Shown in pieces: positions 27,185-41,976 of a DNA stretch of 64,000 nt. Under the pieces are notes generated by a model, which saw nothing but the letters and a program-made list of their open reading frames with translations, was not told the origin of the DNA and made no database searches. Numbering within the stretch: position 1 is the stretch's first letter; each line of letters starts with the position of its first letter. The DNA comes from Nitrospirota bacterium (lineage in GTDB: Bacteria; Nitrospirota; UBA9217): the NCBI GenBank assembly GCA_035516155.1, contig DATJAP010000016.1:72426-136425 (forward strand). Reading direction: 5' to 3'. Position numbers and translations under genes: made by a program.

Positions 27185-28372
27185 TTAATTCCTAACTGAA
27201 ATGTACTCTTTCATTATCCTGACCTTGCCGGTCTTGGCGACTTGCGCGGTCTCCTCGATCACCTCGTCCACATCGAGGGGCATGAGGTCCCTGCCGCCGA
27301 GGCCGTAGATTTTGTTGAATATGACTGGTCCCCGCTGGGAAGATACTGCCGAAGCGATTTCCATGAACAGCGGGCCATAGCCGCCGTAGGAGTCCGCACG
27401 GTCCATGATGCAGACGGCCCGCGCGTTCTTGAGCGCGACGCCTATTTCGTCATAGGGGAAGGGCCGGAAAAGCCGGGGTTTCAGCAGGCCGGCCTTCACC
27501 CCCTGATCACGATACCGGTCGACTTCATCCTTAATGGTACCGGCGGCGGAGTTCAGCGCCACAAGTACAATCTCGGCATCCTCAATCCGGTACGATTCGA
27601 ACAGGTTATATTTCCTGCCCGTCATCCTGGCGAATTCCTCGGACACCTCTTTTACGACCCGCTTCGCATGGAGCATGGCTTCGTGCTGGGCGCGCTTGTG
27701 CTCCATGTAATAGTCCGGCAGCACGAGCGCTCCGATGCTCTTCGGGTTGTCGATGTCGAGCAACGGATTGATGGCGATGTATTCGCCCACAAACTTTTTC
27801 ACGTCTTCATCGGTCATGAACTGCATGCTCTCGATAGAGTGGCTGATGATGAATCCGTCCATGTTGACCGCGATCGGCAGCCGCACGTCCCTGTGCTCCG
27901 CGATCCGGTAGGCCATGATCGTGTTGTCGTATGCTTCCTGGGCGTTTTCCGAGAAGAGTTGGATCCAGCCGCAGTCACGCATGCCCATGCCGTCTGAGTG
28001 ATCGCCGTGGATGTTGAGGGGGGCGGATAGCGCCCTGTTGACGAGCGCCATCAAAATCGGCAGGCGGTACCCTGACGCGATGTGGAGCATCTCCCACATG
28101 AGGGCCAGACCCTGTGCACTCGTCGCCGTTGCAACGCGGCCGCCCGCGGCAGATGCACCGATGCAGGCGCTCATGGCGCTGTGTTCGCTCTCCACGAGGA
28201 TCGTCTCAGTGTCCACCTTGCCGTTCGAAACGAAGGTGGTAAACGACTCCATGATTCCTGTTGACGGCGTGATAGGATAGGCGGGCATCACATCGGGGTT
28301 TAACTGGCGGAGCGCTTCGGCAACAGCCTGGTTGCCGGTTACCGCCACGGTTTTTGTTGTCGCTCCAGCCAT
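27185..28372 (-). CDS. 2-oxoacid:ferredoxin oxidoreductase alpha subunit
   Basis: ORF 27185..28444. ATG 28372 lies 1 nt after the delta-subunit stop. MAGATTKTVAVTGNQAVAEA...YPITPST is the typical alpha-subunit start. Confidence 0.85.
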   Translation of the reverse strand: MAGATTKTVAVTGNQAVAEALRQLNPDVMPAYPITPSTGIMESFTTFVSNGKVDTETILVESEHSAMSACIGASAAGGRVATATSAQGLALMWEMLHIASGYRLPILMALVNRALSAPLNIHGDHSDGMGMRDCGWIQLFSENAQEAYDNTIMAYRIAEHRDVRLPIAVNMDGFIISHSIESMQFMTDEDVKKFVGEYIAINPLLDIDNPKSIGALVLPDYYMEHKRAQHEAMLHAKRVVKEVSEEFARMTGRKYNLFESYRIEDAEIVLVALNSAAGTIKDEVDRYRDQGVKAGLLKPRLFRPFPYDEIGVALKNARAVCIMDRADSYGGYGPLFMEIASAVSSQRGPVIFNKIYGLGGRDLMPLDVDEVIEETAQVAKTGKVRIMKEYISVRN

Positions 28373-28373
28373 G

Positions 28374-28667
28374 TTATTTGCCCTCCTCTTCCATGACAAT
28401 GGCCTTGTTGCCCTTTTTGCCCGGACATTCCATGGCGCACACACCGCAGCCTTTACAGTGGCCGTAGTCGAAACCGGTCATCTTTTCATCTTTTACCGTC
28501 ACGGCGGAATCGGGGCAGTAAATCCAGCAGAACAGGCACTGAATGCAGTTCTCTTCAACCCACCTCGGCTTAAACGAGCGCCACGAACCCGTTTCATATT
28601 CATTCGCGTTGCCGGCCTTCAGGACCGTTCCGGCATGGGGCAGCTCTTTCCAGTTCATCTGTTTCAT
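28374..28667 (-). CDS. 2-oxoacid:ferredoxin oxidoreductase delta subunit (2x[4Fe-4S] ferredoxin)
   Basis: 97 aa with two cluster motifs, CIQCLFCWIYCP and CKGCGVCAMECP. Confidence 0.85.
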   Translation of the reverse strand: MKQMNWKELPHAGTVLKAGNANEYETGSWRSFKPRWVEENCIQCLFCWIYCPDSAVTVKDEKMTGFDYGHCKGCGVCAMECPGKKGNKAIVMEEEGK

Positions 28668-29239
28668 CCTTGCTTTACCTCCTCGTATCCGCGTTTCACC
28701 GCGGCGAGATTTCCATCGATGATCTTCTGGGCAAACTTCTTTCCAAAGCTCCCTTTCACGTCATCGAGCAGCACATCCATAGCCACAATGCCCGTAGCCC
28801 TGTTTACCGCGCCGAGCATGGGGGCGTTCGGCATGGGACGGCCAATCTGCTCGATCGCGATTTTGGTCGCATCGATCGTGAAAACTTTCTGGGAGGGTTT
28901 CGCTTTCAGTTTCACCCGGACTTCATTCGGGTCCTTGCTGGTATTGATGACAAAAACGGCATCGTCTTTCGCACCTTCCGCAACGTTGATCGCGTCAAGG
29001 AGCGATGCATCCACCACCGCGACCACACCCGGGTTCAGCACGGGGCAGTGCATTCTAAGTGTCTTTTCGCTGATGCGGTTGTAAGCGCGGAGCGGCGCGC
29101 CGGCGCGTTCCGGCCCGTATTCCGGGAACGCCTGAACTTGGCGGCCGCCGGAAAGACAGGCGTCTGCGAGCAGCTTGGCCGCAGTGACGGTCCCCTGTCC
29201 GCCTCTCCCGTGCCACCTGATCTCAATCATATCTGCCAT
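28664..29239 (-). CDS. 2-oxoacid:ferredoxin oxidoreductase gamma subunit
   Basis: ORF 28664..29314. ATG 29239 lies behind AGGAGG. MADMIEIRWHGRGGQGTVTAAKLLA is the typical gamma-subunit start. There is a 4-nt overlap with the delta gene. Confidence 0.85.
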   Translation of the reverse strand: MADMIEIRWHGRGGQGTVTAAKLLADACLSGGRQVQAFPEYGPERAGAPLRAYNRISEKTLRMHCPVLNPGVVAVVDASLLDAINVAEGAKDDAVFVINTSKDPNEVRVKLKAKPSQKVFTIDATKIAIEQIGRPMPNAPMLGAVNRATGIVAMDVLLDDVKGSFGKKFAQKIIDGNLAAVKRGYEEVKQG

Positions 29240-29332
29240 GGATTTGTCCTCCTGCTCAATTTCGGATTGCAAATTCGCGATTTCGGATTTATTGTTTACT
29301 CCGCATTCCACCATCCAAAATCGGCAATAAAC

Positions 29333-30028
29333 TTACATCTCCCGCCGACCTTCGAGCGCCCGTTGGACGGTGTTCTCATCGGCGTACTCGATATCACCGC
29401 CGACCGGAAGGCCATAGGCGATCCGGCTGACAGTGATCCCAAGGGGTTTGATCAATTTGGAAAGATAGAGCGCTGTTGTTTCGCCCTTCACGGTCGGATT
29501 CGTCGCGATGATAACTTCCCTGACCAGGCCTGTCTTCAGCCGGTCCATGAGGGCGTCGATCTTAAGGTCTTCCGGGCCGATGCCGTCGAGCGGAGAGATG
29601 GCGCCAAGCAGCGCATGGTAGCGTCCCCGGAATATGCCATTCTTTTCAAGAATAAGAATGTTGCTCGGCTCTTCAACAACGCAGATACGGGCACCGTCGC
29701 GTTTTTCATCGCGGCATATGCTGCATGTCTCGTCCTCGGTGATATTACTGCACACAGTGCAATACCGGGTGTTGTTTTTGAGGTCCAGGATGGCCTGCGC
29801 TATGCCAGCAGCCTCGCTTTGCGGCATGCCGAGCACAGCAAAAGAGAGCCGTTCGGCGCTCTTTCTGCCAATGCCGGGCAGTTTCATGAAGGCCTCGACC
29901 ATCCTGCCGAGGGCCTTACCCGAAACTTCTGCGGCTTGTGCGCCAGCCTTCCCCCGTTTTCGTTCTTGCGGGGATTCCCGGGGCGATTGCTCCGTCGCCG
30001 CTACCCTATCCTGTGCGCTGCGCTCCAT
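29333..30028 (-). CDS. recR: recombination protein RecR (with a charged N-terminal extension of about 33 aa)
   Basis: KLPGIGRKSAERL helix-hairpin-helix, C4 zinc finger CTVCSNITEDETCSIC, and Toprim ...VVEEPSNILILE...ATNPTVKGETTA. There is no alternative in-frame start between 30028 and the HhH motif. Confidence 0.9.
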   Translation of the reverse strand: MERSAQDRVAATEQSPRESPQERKRGKAGAQAAEVSGKALGRMVEAFMKLPGIGRKSAERLSFAVLGMPQSEAAGIAQAILDLKNNTRYCTVCSNITEDETCSICRDEKRDGARICVVEEPSNILILEKNGIFRGRYHALLGAISPLDGIGPEDLKIDALMDRLKTGLVREVIIATNPTVKGETTALYLSKLIKPLGITVSRIAYGLPVGGDIEYADENTVQRALEGRREM

Positions 30029-30041
30029 GCATCACCCTGTG

Positions 30042-30362
30042 CTAAAACAAACCGGGCGGGATCCCCATGCCTGAAGTAAGTTTGGACATTTCTTCCTTCA
30101 TCAAGTCCTGAGATTTTCTGAGCGCCTCGTTTACCGCGGCAGTGACCAAATCTTGAAGCATTTCAATGTCCTTCGGGTCGACTACCGAAGCATCTATCTT
30201 GATAGAAAGGACCTCCTGTCTGCCGTTGGCAACGACAGTCACCATCCCGCCGCCGGAAGAAGCCTCTACGGTTTTTCCCCCTGCTTCTTCCTGGAGCTTT
30301 TTAACCCGCTCCTGCATTTGCTGGGCCTGTTTCATGATGTTGCTGAGCATGTTTTTTGACAT
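30042..30362 (-). CDS. ybaB: nucleoid-associated protein YbaB/EbfC
   Basis: 106 aa. ...MKQAQQMQERVKKLQEE...GGGMVTVVANG...I is the canonical YbaB pattern, and the gene sits between dnaX and recR. Confidence 0.9.
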   Translation of the reverse strand: MSKNMLSNIMKQAQQMQERVKKLQEEAGGKTVEASSGGGMVTVVANGRQEVLSIKIDASVVDPKDIEMLQDLVTAAVNEALRKSQDLMKEEMSKLTSGMGIPPGLF

Positions 30363-30504
30363 AAGAAGTCCTGGTTAAAGATATTTAAAAACCATTAAGG
30401 AAGAGTATATTAAAAGAAATTTTTCAGTTTTGCAACAAAAAATGCGGAGTTTATTTTATTAATATATAAAAAATTAAACGGCATACGACGGCTCCACGGC
30501 GCTG

Positions 30505-32163
30505 TCAGTCTGTCGAGTTGTCGTGTTCTATGACTTCCCCCTGTGGAAAAATCCGAAGGACGTCCTGGACGGCGGGGTCTTGTTCTTCGGGTTTGATCTT
30601 TTTGGGGCTTTTCGATTTGATATCGCTCTTCGGCGCATCTCCCAGAGGCTTGACCTTCACCTGAACTTTTCTGCCCAGAACCTCCAGGGCCGCTTGTTCG
30701 ATAATATCCAGATTCTCCCGCTTTTCCACTTGACTGACCTGGAAAATACCTTTCACACCGAGGACTAAAATCGTATCGGTATCTTCTAGCAGGCTGCTGT
30801 GTTCTAAAAAAGAGGCAAGGGCCGGCTTTTTGGATTTGAGCGCCTTCATGATCACGCCCCAAACATCCTCCTGTTCACCGCCCTGTGCTGTTAACGGGGA
30901 AGGAGCCGCTGAAGGGCGTACAGATTGGACAGAAGACTGAGGCTGAGGCGTTTCACGCACCTTGTGGTGCGAACGCATCGACGCTTCTGCGGGAGTCGTC
31001 AAAGGCTGTCTGCCCGATGCGAGCCGTGTCTCGAGTTCTTTCATGCGGCCAAGCACTTCGGCAAGTGGCTGAAGCGGTACAAGACTACAGGCTTTGATGA
31101 GACCGATTTCAAGGGTAAATCGCTGATGGGGCGACCAGCGCATATCGTCGAGCGTTTTTGAAAGACTGTCAAAGAGCATCAGGAGCTGGTCCGCTTCCGC
31201 CTTATCCGCCTGCTGCCTGATGGCTTCGATATCGGCGGTGGGAAGCTCCATGATTTGGCCCGGTTCAGACGCGATTTTCACAATCATCATATTTCGCAGA
31301 TGTTCCACCATTCCGGAAAGAAACTGGCGCATATCCTGTCCCTGCTCCATAAGGGCATCCACCTGCTTAAGCAGATCTCCAGCGTCCCTTGCCAGGAGAC
31401 TAGCGGCAAACTGCAGTAGACGCTCCTGGGCTACGGTACCGAGAGTCGCCTGGAGATCACTGTCGTTGATCTCCATACCGCTGTACGAAACCGCCTGGTC
31501 CAGGAGGCTCTGGGAGTCCCGCATGCTCCCTTCCGCCGCGCGCGCAATCATCGCAAGGCCCCCGTCCGATATTTTAATGCCCTCGGTATCGGCAATCGTC
31601 CGAAGCCTGCCGACGATATCGTGAAGTAATACGCGCTTGAACCCATAACGCTGGCAGCGGGAGTGAATCGTTGCCGGGATTTTTTGCGGTTCCGTCGTGG
31701 CGAAAATGAAAATAACGTGGGGCGGCGGTTCTTCGAGCGTTTTGAGCAGGGCGTTGAAGGCCTCATTCGTGAGCATATGGACCTCGTCGATCACGTAGAC
31801 CTTGTACTTGCCGCCGACAGGAGCATATTTAACGGCCTCGCGCAGTTCGCGGATGTGTTCAATGCCCCTGTTCGATGCACCGTCGATCTCAACGACGTCC
31901 ACCGAGGTGCCGGCCGCGGTCTCAAGGCAGGAATCACATTTACCGCACGGGGTCGGAGTCGGACCCTGAATACAGTTCAGCGCTTTGGCAAGGATACGAG
32001 CCGTAGTGGTCTTTCCCACGCCGCGCGGGCCCGAGAACAGAAATGCATGGGCAAGTCTTCCCGACAAGATGGCATTCTGGAGCGTTCTCGTGATATGCCC
32101 CTGACCAACCACATCATCGAAAACCTGGGGCCTCCATTTTCTGGCCAGCACCTGGTAGCTCAT
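30505..32163 (-). CDS. dnaX: DNA polymerase III subunit gamma/tau
   Basis: 552 aa. MSYQVLARKWRPQVFDDVVGQ...FSGPRGVGKTT...CGKCDSC...IDEVHML. Confidence 0.95.
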   Translation of the reverse strand: MSYQVLARKWRPQVFDDVVGQGHITRTLQNAILSGRLAHAFLFSGPRGVGKTTTARILAKALNCIQGPTPTPCGKCDSCLETAAGTSVDVVEIDGASNRGIEHIRELREAVKYAPVGGKYKVYVIDEVHMLTNEAFNALLKTLEEPPPHVIFIFATTEPQKIPATIHSRCQRYGFKRVLLHDIVGRLRTIADTEGIKISDGGLAMIARAAEGSMRDSQSLLDQAVSYSGMEINDSDLQATLGTVAQERLLQFAASLLARDAGDLLKQVDALMEQGQDMRQFLSGMVEHLRNMMIVKIASEPGQIMELPTADIEAIRQQADKAEADQLLMLFDSLSKTLDDMRWSPHQRFTLEIGLIKACSLVPLQPLAEVLGRMKELETRLASGRQPLTTPAEASMRSHHKVRETPQPQSSVQSVRPSAAPSPLTAQGGEQEDVWGVIMKALKSKKPALASFLEHSSLLEDTDTILVLGVKGIFQVSQVEKRENLDIIEQAALEVLGRKVQVKVKPLGDAPKSDIKSKSPKKIKPEEQDPAVQDVLRIFPQGEVIEHDNSTD

Positions 32164-32361
32164 AGCAGCCTCACAACAACCTGGAAATGTTTATTAACCG
32201 CTGATCAACACCGTTGAAAACTAAAATCGATGAGAAAGAAATCATAGGCTGTCGGGAAATAGTACTGCAAAGATTATCTTGATGTTAACCGGACTCAACC
32301 ATTGTCCCATCCGTTTCATCAGTTTTGTCACGTGTTGTCTCGGCTGATGATAATAAAAAGG

Positions 32362-32472
32362 CTCATAAACCCGGGCGCCCCTGCGGCACACCCGGACCCC
32401 GCTTACCGCTGCTTCCTTCCGGACCTGACGGGGTTCACGGGACCGTGGTTGCGCAGGACCCGGGCTCATGAG
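32362..32472 (-). ncRNA. ffs: signal recognition particle RNA (small 4.5S-type)
   Basis: The reverse complement contains the conserved GUCAGGUCCGGAAGGAAGCAGC core. The 5' CUCAUGAGCCCGGG pairs with the 3' CCCGGGUUUAUGAG. A U-run follows. The position upstream of dnaX is classic. Confidence 0.85.
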
Positions 32473-32580
32473 CGCTTATAAATAGTTCACCATTAGGGGT
32501 TCAACGTTCAAAGTAAAATCATACATCATCACTTTCAAGTCTTTATCTGAACGATGAACGCTGAACTATTATTTTAAAAA

Positions 32581-32668
32581 TGGCGGAGAGGGTGGGATTT
32601 GAACCCACGTTAGGTTTCCCTAAACACGCTTTCCAAGCGTGCGCCTTCAGCCGCTCGGCCACCTCTCC
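32581..32668 (-). tRNA. tRNA-Ser (GGA)
   Basis: Class II tRNA with a long variable arm. Anticodon stem CACGC/GCGTG, loop TTGGAAA, encoded CCA. Confidence 0.93.
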
Positions 32669-32727
32669 ATGTTCAACATTTTGTCCGACTGCTTGAACCG
32701 TTCAACCGTTAAATTATTTTCATTGTA

Positions 32728-32817
32728 TGGCGGAGAGGGGGGGATTTGAACCCCCGGTGGAGTTACCCCCACAACAGTTTTCGAGACTGCCGCCTTCAGC
32801 CGCTCGGCCACCTCTCC
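32728..32817 (-). tRNA. tRNA-Ser (CGA)
   Basis: Class II tRNA. Anticodon stem GCAGT/ACTGT, loop CTCGAAA, encoded CCA. Confidence 0.93.
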
Positions 32818-32882
32818 GAGTTTCATAAGTATTTATGGTTCTGGAGTCACATAAATGTGCCGAGCCTTCAAACCGTTGCTTG

Positions 32883-33407
32883 TCACACCCTCGCTGCTTT
32901 CGATCCGTGAGGCTTATTTCTGGCTTTTTCGAAAAAGCGCTGAAGTACTTGGCGGCATTCCGCCTCCAAAATGCCGGGCGTTATCCGGTAGGTATGGTTA
33001 AGTCTGCCATCGCGCACTACATCGTATACCGATCCGAGCACACCGGCTTTGGGATCGCGGCAACCATACACCAGCCTTCCAACTCTCGCAAGCACCAGAA
33101 CACCAGCACACATCAGGCACGGCTCAAGCGTCACATACAGCGTCGCGTCCGAAAGCCGCCACCTGCCGAGCCTGGCCGATGCCTCGCGTACCGCGAGCAG
33201 TTCGGCATGGGCCGCGGGGTCCTGCCATGTCTCGCGCATATTGTGGGCCGAGGAAATAGCCTCATTACCGATGACAAGAACAGCGCCGACCGGCGTTTCG
33301 CCAAGGGTTTCCGCCCTGTGCGCCTCTGCCAAGGCCAGGGCCATGAAATCCTCGTCTGTCCTCTGCACCGGCTCCCGTTCCGGCGTTCGGAGAATAATTC
33401 TGTTCAT
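32883..33407 (-). CDS. tadA: tRNA adenosine(34) deaminase
   Basis: ORF 32883..33425. ATG 33407 lies 7 nt after the tRNA-Arg 3' end. Deaminase motifs HAELLAV and TLEPCLMCAG. Confidence 0.9.
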   Translation of the reverse strand: MNRIILRTPEREPVQRTDEDFMALALAEAHRAETLGETPVGAVLVIGNEAISSAHNMRETWQDPAAHAELLAVREASARLGRWRLSDATLYVTLEPCLMCAGVLVLARVGRLVYGCRDPKAGVLGSVYDVVRDGRLNHTYRITPGILEAECRQVLQRFFEKARNKPHGSKAARV

Positions 33408-33413
33408 GATAGT

Positions 33414-33490
33414 TGGCGCGCCCAAGAGGATTCGAACCTCTGGCCTACGGATTCGTAGTCCGTTGCTCTATCCAGCTGAGCTATGGGCGC
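33414..33490 (-). tRNA. tRNA-Arg (ACG)
   Basis: 77-nt cloverleaf. Anticodon stem ACGGA/TCCGT, loop CTACGAA, encoded CCA. Confidence 0.95.
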
Positions 33491-33557
33491 AAATAAAGCG
33501 CACAGATGCGTAAAAAAAGCATCTGTGCACGAGCGAGCAACATTCCGAATACTGAAA

Positions 33558-34100
33558 CTACCTGGGAACCCCGCCCACAAGGGTGATACCGACCTTCTCA
33601 TGCTGGAAAGGATGAATTGTGGGCTGCAACGAGAACAACCAGTTGTTCCAAATCTCCTTCCCATTCTCCATAACAGCAATCTGCACCGCGGGCATGTTCG
33701 GCTTGTCCGTCAGAGACGTAAACTCCTTGTCGGACATTTTAAAGTCCGGCAGGAAATGAAGCACCTTGACAACCATGTTGGTTCCGGGAATGGTCAACTC
33801 GGATCCAATGTTTACGGTATATTCTTTGGTCTTCATGGTCGCTTTATCTTCAATTGCGAGCTTCACTGCCTTCCACTTCGCCTTTACTTCGTTCGAAACC
33901 ACAACTTGCCGCTCAACCTTCGGCAGGTTCGGCGCTCCCGCTTGTGGCATTCCCGTCGGAGGCATCCCCGCCGGAGGCATTTGCCCTTCGACGCTCGGAT
34001 GCCCTGGCGGCAGCTCGGGCTTCTCTTCTTTTTTCTTGCATGCTCCGAATGACAGAACCAGAACAAAGACGGAAACGATGGCGATGGATCTTTTCAGCAT
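33558..34100 (-). CDS. lipoprotein, DUF2155-like
   Basis: ORF 33558..34223, whose 5' part overlaps a tRNA. ATG 34100 gives MLKRSIAIVSVFVLVLSFGAC (lipobox), then a Pro/Gly-rich linker and a beta-rich domain. Confidence 0.65.
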   Translation of the reverse strand: MLKRSIAIVSVFVLVLSFGACKKKEEKPELPPGHPSVEGQMPPAGMPPTGMPQAGAPNLPKVERQVVVSNEVKAKWKAVKLAIEDKATMKTKEYTVNIGSELTIPGTNMVVKVLHFLPDFKMSDKEFTSLTDKPNMPAVQIAVMENGKEIWNNWLFSLQPTIHPFQHEKVGITLVGGVPR

Positions 34101-34178
34101 GGTTAATACCCTCCTTGAAAATGGCAAAAATGTTATTACGGTGTTCCGTTGGCTGCTACTTAGAAGCCTTCTTGAAAA

Positions 34179-34268
34179 TGGCGGAGAGGCCGGGATTCGA
34201 ACCCGGGGTGGAGTTACCCCCACAACTGCTTAGCAGGCAGCTGCCTTCAGCCGCTCGGCCACCTCTCC
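34179..34268 (-). tRNA. tRNA-Ser (GCT)
   Basis: Class II tRNA. Anticodon stem GCTGC/GCAGT, loop CTGCTAA, encoded CCA. Confidence 0.93.
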
Positions 34269-34331
34269 ATGTTCATCATTTTTTTTCAGCCGTTTAAACT
34301 ATTCAATCAGGTTAAACGTTTTCTCATTATA

Positions 34332-34417
<86 letters not shown>

Positions 34418-34529
34418 GTGTTTCGCAAGCCCATGCGTCGCAAGTCCATTGCGTTTGTAGGGTCTCGAGCGTCCCTTAAATCTCTTGGTACTAATTCTTC
34501 GTCACCATAAGCTCTCTACTCAAAAGAAC

Positions 34530-35816
<1,287 letters not shown>

Positions 35817-35843
35817 TTAAGTTATCATTCTCCTTATACATTG

Positions 35844-36632
35844 TCAATAACTTTTCTTGACAATCCTGTTCTCAAGGGCCTTGATCTTGACCTGGATGGC
35901 CTCGGGATTCGGATATAACGGTTCGATTTCTTTATAAAGCGCGAGTGCGTCTTTCAGATTATCACCGAGCTCAAGGCACTCGGCAAGAGCGAATTTTGCC
36001 TTGATCACCAGCTCCCTGTCCGTGTTCTGTTCCAGCGCTTTCCGGTAATACTGCTCCGAAGCATCGAGCGCGCCTTCGGAAAATGCTGCTGTCCCGAGGC
36101 GAAAATATGCAAGACGTGACTGTTGACCGTTTGGAAATTCGGTCACCTGTTTTGTCCACGTCTTCTTCGCCTCTTCAATCTTTCCTACCCGGAACTGGCA
36201 TTCAGCAAGGCTGTAGAGGCTCTTCTCCCGGATTTCGCGGTTTGTGTAGGCGGCGGCCGCCCGATATTCCTGTATCGCCCGTTCGTAGTCGTTGTAACCT
36301 AATTCGTAGATTTGTGCGATGTACCACTGTGCGTGCGGCGCCATGTCGCGGTGCGGATAGGTCTTGAGCAGAAGCCGAAGTGTCTGAAGCGCCTTGTCGG
36401 TCTCTCCGAGATAGAGAAACTGTGTTACTCCGGCCCAGTAGAGCGCTTCATCCGCCTTCGGACTCAAGGGATGCTCTTTCACCAGCTCGAAGTATAATGT
36501 CACGGCGGTCTGGTAATCCCCCGCATTCCAGCGCTTGGTAGCGGCTTCATACTTGTTGCTCGCGTCCTTGTCAAAAACATCGCATCCTGTCAGGAGCATC
36601 CCGATCAGGATAACCAGAAGAGCTTTTTTCAT
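35844..36632 (-). CDS. TPR-repeat lipoprotein
   Basis: 262 aa. [17 protein letters not shown] lipobox followed by repeated TPR-like A..Y....G.Y..A units. The ATG overlaps the gyrA stop (ATGA). Confidence 0.7.
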   Translation of the reverse strand: MKKALLVILIGMLLTGCDVFDKDASNKYEAATKRWNAGDYQTAVTLYFELVKEHPLSPKADEALYWAGVTQFLYLGETDKALQTLRLLLKTYPHRDMAPHAQWYIAQIYELGYNDYERAIQEYRAAAAYTNREIREKSLYSLAECQFRVGKIEEAKKTWTKQVTEFPNGQQSRLAYFRLGTAAFSEGALDASEQYYRKALEQNTDRELVIKAKFALAECLELGDNLKDALALYKEIEPLYPNPEAIQVKIKALENRIVKKSY

Positions 36633-39121
36633 ATCATGCCGGAATTCTGGCCGGCCGGCGGCTCGAGTGCACTTTTCTCCCCCCCCGCATCCTTCTCGTC
36701 TTCCCGTTCAACGACCTTGGCGAAGCTGACGACCTTATCTCCCTCTTCGATGTCGAAGAGGCGCACGCCCTGGGTATTCCGTCCCTGTACGGATATATCC
36801 CCCGCCCGAAGGCGCAGCACCTTCCCGTTCGATGTGATGAGAATGATCTCGTCTTCCCCGGACACCTGGGCCAGGCCAATGACCCGGCCGTTTTTCTCGG
36901 TTATTTTGATAGTGATAATGCCTTTGCCGCCCCGGCCCTGGCTGCGGTAATCTTCAAGCGTGCTCCTCTTCCCATAACCATTCTCAGTCACGGTGAGGAT
37001 CGTCGAATCGTCGCGCACGATCTCCATTCCCTTAACCTCGTTGTTTTCCTCCAGCCGGATGCCGATCACGCCCTTGCCCGTCCGTCCAATCTCGCGCACA
37101 TCCCCCTCCGAAAAGCGGATCGAAAGGCCGTCTCGCGTACCGAGGAACACATCGCGGTTGCCGTCCGTCACTTCGGCGGAGATAAGTTCATCGCCTTCGT
37201 CAAGGGTGATCGCTCTGATGCCCGAGGGCCGCGGATGGCTGTAGGATTCGAGCTCCGTTTTTTTGATGACTCCCTGCTTGGTCGCCATAAGAACAAAGTG
37301 GTCCGGCGTGAATGCGCGCACCGGGAGCGCCGCCGTTACCCGCTCGTCCTGGCTGATCTGGATCAGATTGACAATGGCCTTTCCCTTTGCCTGTCTGCCC
37401 GCCTCGGGTATTTGATGGACCTTGAGCCAGTAGACTCTGCCCTTGTTCGTGAAAAAGAGGATGTAGCTGTGCGCTGTAGCGGTAAAGAGCCGTTCTACAA
37501 AATCCTCTTCCTTCGTCTCCATGCCAATCTTGCCCTTGCCGCCGCGCTTCTGCGCACGATAGGTTGTAAGCGGATTACGCTTGATGTAGCCAGCATGAGA
37601 GATGGTGATCACCATCTCTTCGTCCTTAATCAGGTCTTCAATGTCGATTTCCGAGGTTTGCGCCACGATCTCGGTCCGCCGCGGGTCTCCGTACTCCGCC
37701 TTGATCGCCAGCAACTCATCCCTGATGATCTTCATGACTAGTGCGTCGGAAGCGAGGATCTCATTCAATCTCGCAATCTCCTTGAGCACATCCTCATATT
37801 CGGCAATGATCTTATCGCGCTCGAGGCCCGTAAGTCTCTGGAGCCGCATATCAAGGATGGCCTGGGCCTGTATTTCGGAAAGTTTGAATTCTCGAACCAA
37901 TCCTGTTTTCGCCTCGTCGGGGTTTGCCGAGGCTTTGATGAGGGCGATGACCGCATCAAGGTTTTCGAGGGCGATCTTGAGGCCCAGGAGGATATGTGCG
38001 CGTTCTTCGGCTTTTTTCAGGTCGTATTTTGTCCTGCGCACAACCACTTCCCTGCGATGCTGGACGAAATTCGACAGAAGTTTGCGCAGGTTCAGCACTC
38101 TCGGCTGATTATTGACCAGAGCAAGCATGATAACACCGAACGTGGACTGCATGGCGGTATGCTTGTAAAGCTGGTTCAAAATAACCGTCGCAATTTCGCC
38201 CTTTTTCAAGTCAATCGCGATTCGCAATCCTTCACGGTCCGATTCATCTCGGACCTCAGCTATGCCGTTAATCTTCCTATCCTGCACCAGCTCGGCGATC
38301 CGTTCAAGCAGCCTCGCCTTGTTCACCTGGTAGGGAAGTTCCGTCACGATGATACTCTCCCGGTCTCCCTTGCCTTCTTCTATCGTTGCCCGGGCGCGCA
38401 TCTGAACGATGCCACGGCCGGTCAAATAGGCCTGCTTGATTCCTTCATATCCGTGGATGAAACCGGCGGTGGGGAAATCCGGCCCCTTGATCGCGGTCAT
38501 GAGCTCCGGGATCGTGACCTCGGAATTGTCGATCATCATGACAATCCCGTCGACGACTTCTGAGAGATTATGCGGCGGGATGTTTGTAGCCATGCCCACG
38601 GCGATGCCCGCCGAACCGTTGATCAGGAGATTCGGCACGCGCGTGGGAAGCACCGAAGGTTCCGTCGTGGTATCGTCGAAATTCGGTGCGAAATCTACCG
38701 TCTCCTTGTCGATATCAGCAAGAAGCTCTTCGGCAAGTTTCGTGAGCCGCGCCTCGGTATAGCGGTAGGCCGCAGCCGGATCGCCGTCCACGGACCCGAA
38801 GTTCCCTTGGCCGTCCACCAGGGGATAGCGCATGTTGAAGTCCTGAGCCATCCTGACCATGGTATCATAGACCGCGCTGTCGCCGTGGGGGTGGTATTTC
38901 TTCAGCACTTCGCCCACAACACCGGCACTCTTGGAGTACTTTTTGTTATGCAGGAGTCCTTCACGGAACATGGCATAGAGAATGCGTCGGTGCACAGGCT
39001 TTAGCCCGTCGCGTACGTCGGGCAGTGCCCGGCCCACGATCACACTCATGGAGTAATCGAGGTAGGAGGTCTTCATCTCCTGCTCTATATTGATCTGTGA
39101 TTTTATTTCAAGAGGTTCCAT
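36629..39121 (-). CDS. gyrA: DNA gyrase subunit A
   Basis: ORF 36629..39130, first ATG at 39121. ...[27 protein letters not shown]...[19 protein letters not shown]...[11 protein letters not shown]. Confidence 0.97.
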   Translation of the reverse strand: MEPLEIKSQINIEQEMKTSYLDYSMSVIVGRALPDVRDGLKPVHRRILYAMFREGLLHNKKYSKSAGVVGEVLKKYHPHGDSAVYDTMVRMAQDFNMRYPLVDGQGNFGSVDGDPAAAYRYTEARLTKLAEELLADIDKETVDFAPNFDDTTTEPSVLPTRVPNLLINGSAGIAVGMATNIPPHNLSEVVDGIVMMIDNSEVTIPELMTAIKGPDFPTAGFIHGYEGIKQAYLTGRGIVQMRARATIEEGKGDRESIIVTELPYQVNKARLLERIAELVQDRKINGIAEVRDESDREGLRIAIDLKKGEIATVILNQLYKHTAMQSTFGVIMLALVNNQPRVLNLRKLLSNFVQHRREVVVRRTKYDLKKAEERAHILLGLKIALENLDAVIALIKASANPDEAKTGLVREFKLSEIQAQAILDMRLQRLTGLERDKIIAEYEDVLKEIARLNEILASDALVMKIIRDELLAIKAEYGDPRRTEIVAQTSEIDIEDLIKDEEMVITISHAGYIKRNPLTTYRAQKRGGKGKIGMETKEEDFVERLFTATAHSYILFFTNKGRVYWLKVHQIPEAGRQAKGKAIVNLIQISQDERVTAALPVRAFTPDHFVLMATKQGVIKKTELESYSHPRPSGIRAITLDEGDELISAEVTDGNRDVFLGTRDGLSIRFSEGDVREIGRTGKGVIGIRLEENNEVKGMEIVRDDSTILTVTENGYGKRSTLEDYRSQGRGGKGIITIKITEKNGRVIGLAQVSGEDEIILITSNGKVLRLRAGDISVQGRNTQGVRLFDIEEGDKVVSFAKVVEREDEKDAGGEKSALEPPAGQNSGMI

Positions 39122-39433
39122 AAATATCAATCCTCGCCGACTGCCTCGGCATCAGCAAGGTTTTTCTTCCTGGTCAGTGTGCGCTTGTTTCGAATGAATT
39201 CGCCCTATCCAAGGTAGAGACGGGAATGGCATCAAACGTTCACGAAACGCGGCCTGCGTAGGCTCGTCCCATTGTGTGCCGGTGTTTTGAGCAATCAAAA
39301 AAGAAGGCTCTCTCCGATATCAGCAAGCTCCTGTAAACGCTCCGTTCGTACAACCCGCTCGATCAAGCGTCCAATACCGTCGGAATTCTGAGCCTTGCAG
39401 GCTAAAGTACGATGCAATTCCTATTCTGCGCAG

Positions 39434-41917
<2,484 letters not shown>

Positions 41918-41976
41918 CTACATTTGAATGCATGTGTCCGATTGCAATCAGGTCCCTGTTCGCCATGCGCCGGAAG

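Noticed and set aside
28670-30079. 469-aa plus-strand ORF spanning the oxidoreductase gamma subunit and recR
   Set aside because: It runs antisense across two well-supported genes and their intergenic gap. The composition is Arg/His-rich and no domain is recognisable.
30820-30845. Possible dnaX programmed frameshift site (CAAAAAG)
   Set aside because: It is not the A-AAA-AAG heptamer. It has no obvious downstream stimulatory hairpin and lies too far into the C-terminal region to give a gamma-like product.
32242-32469. 75-aa ORF upstream of dnaX
   Set aside because: About half of it overlaps the SRP RNA gene (conserved GUCAGGUCCGGAAGGAAGCAGC core and closing helix). The remainder has no SD or protein-like features.
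34101-34223. N-terminal 41 codons of ORF 33558..34223
   Set aside because: This extension overlaps tRNA-Ser(GCT). The internal ATG 34100 gives a proper lipoprotein signal peptide.
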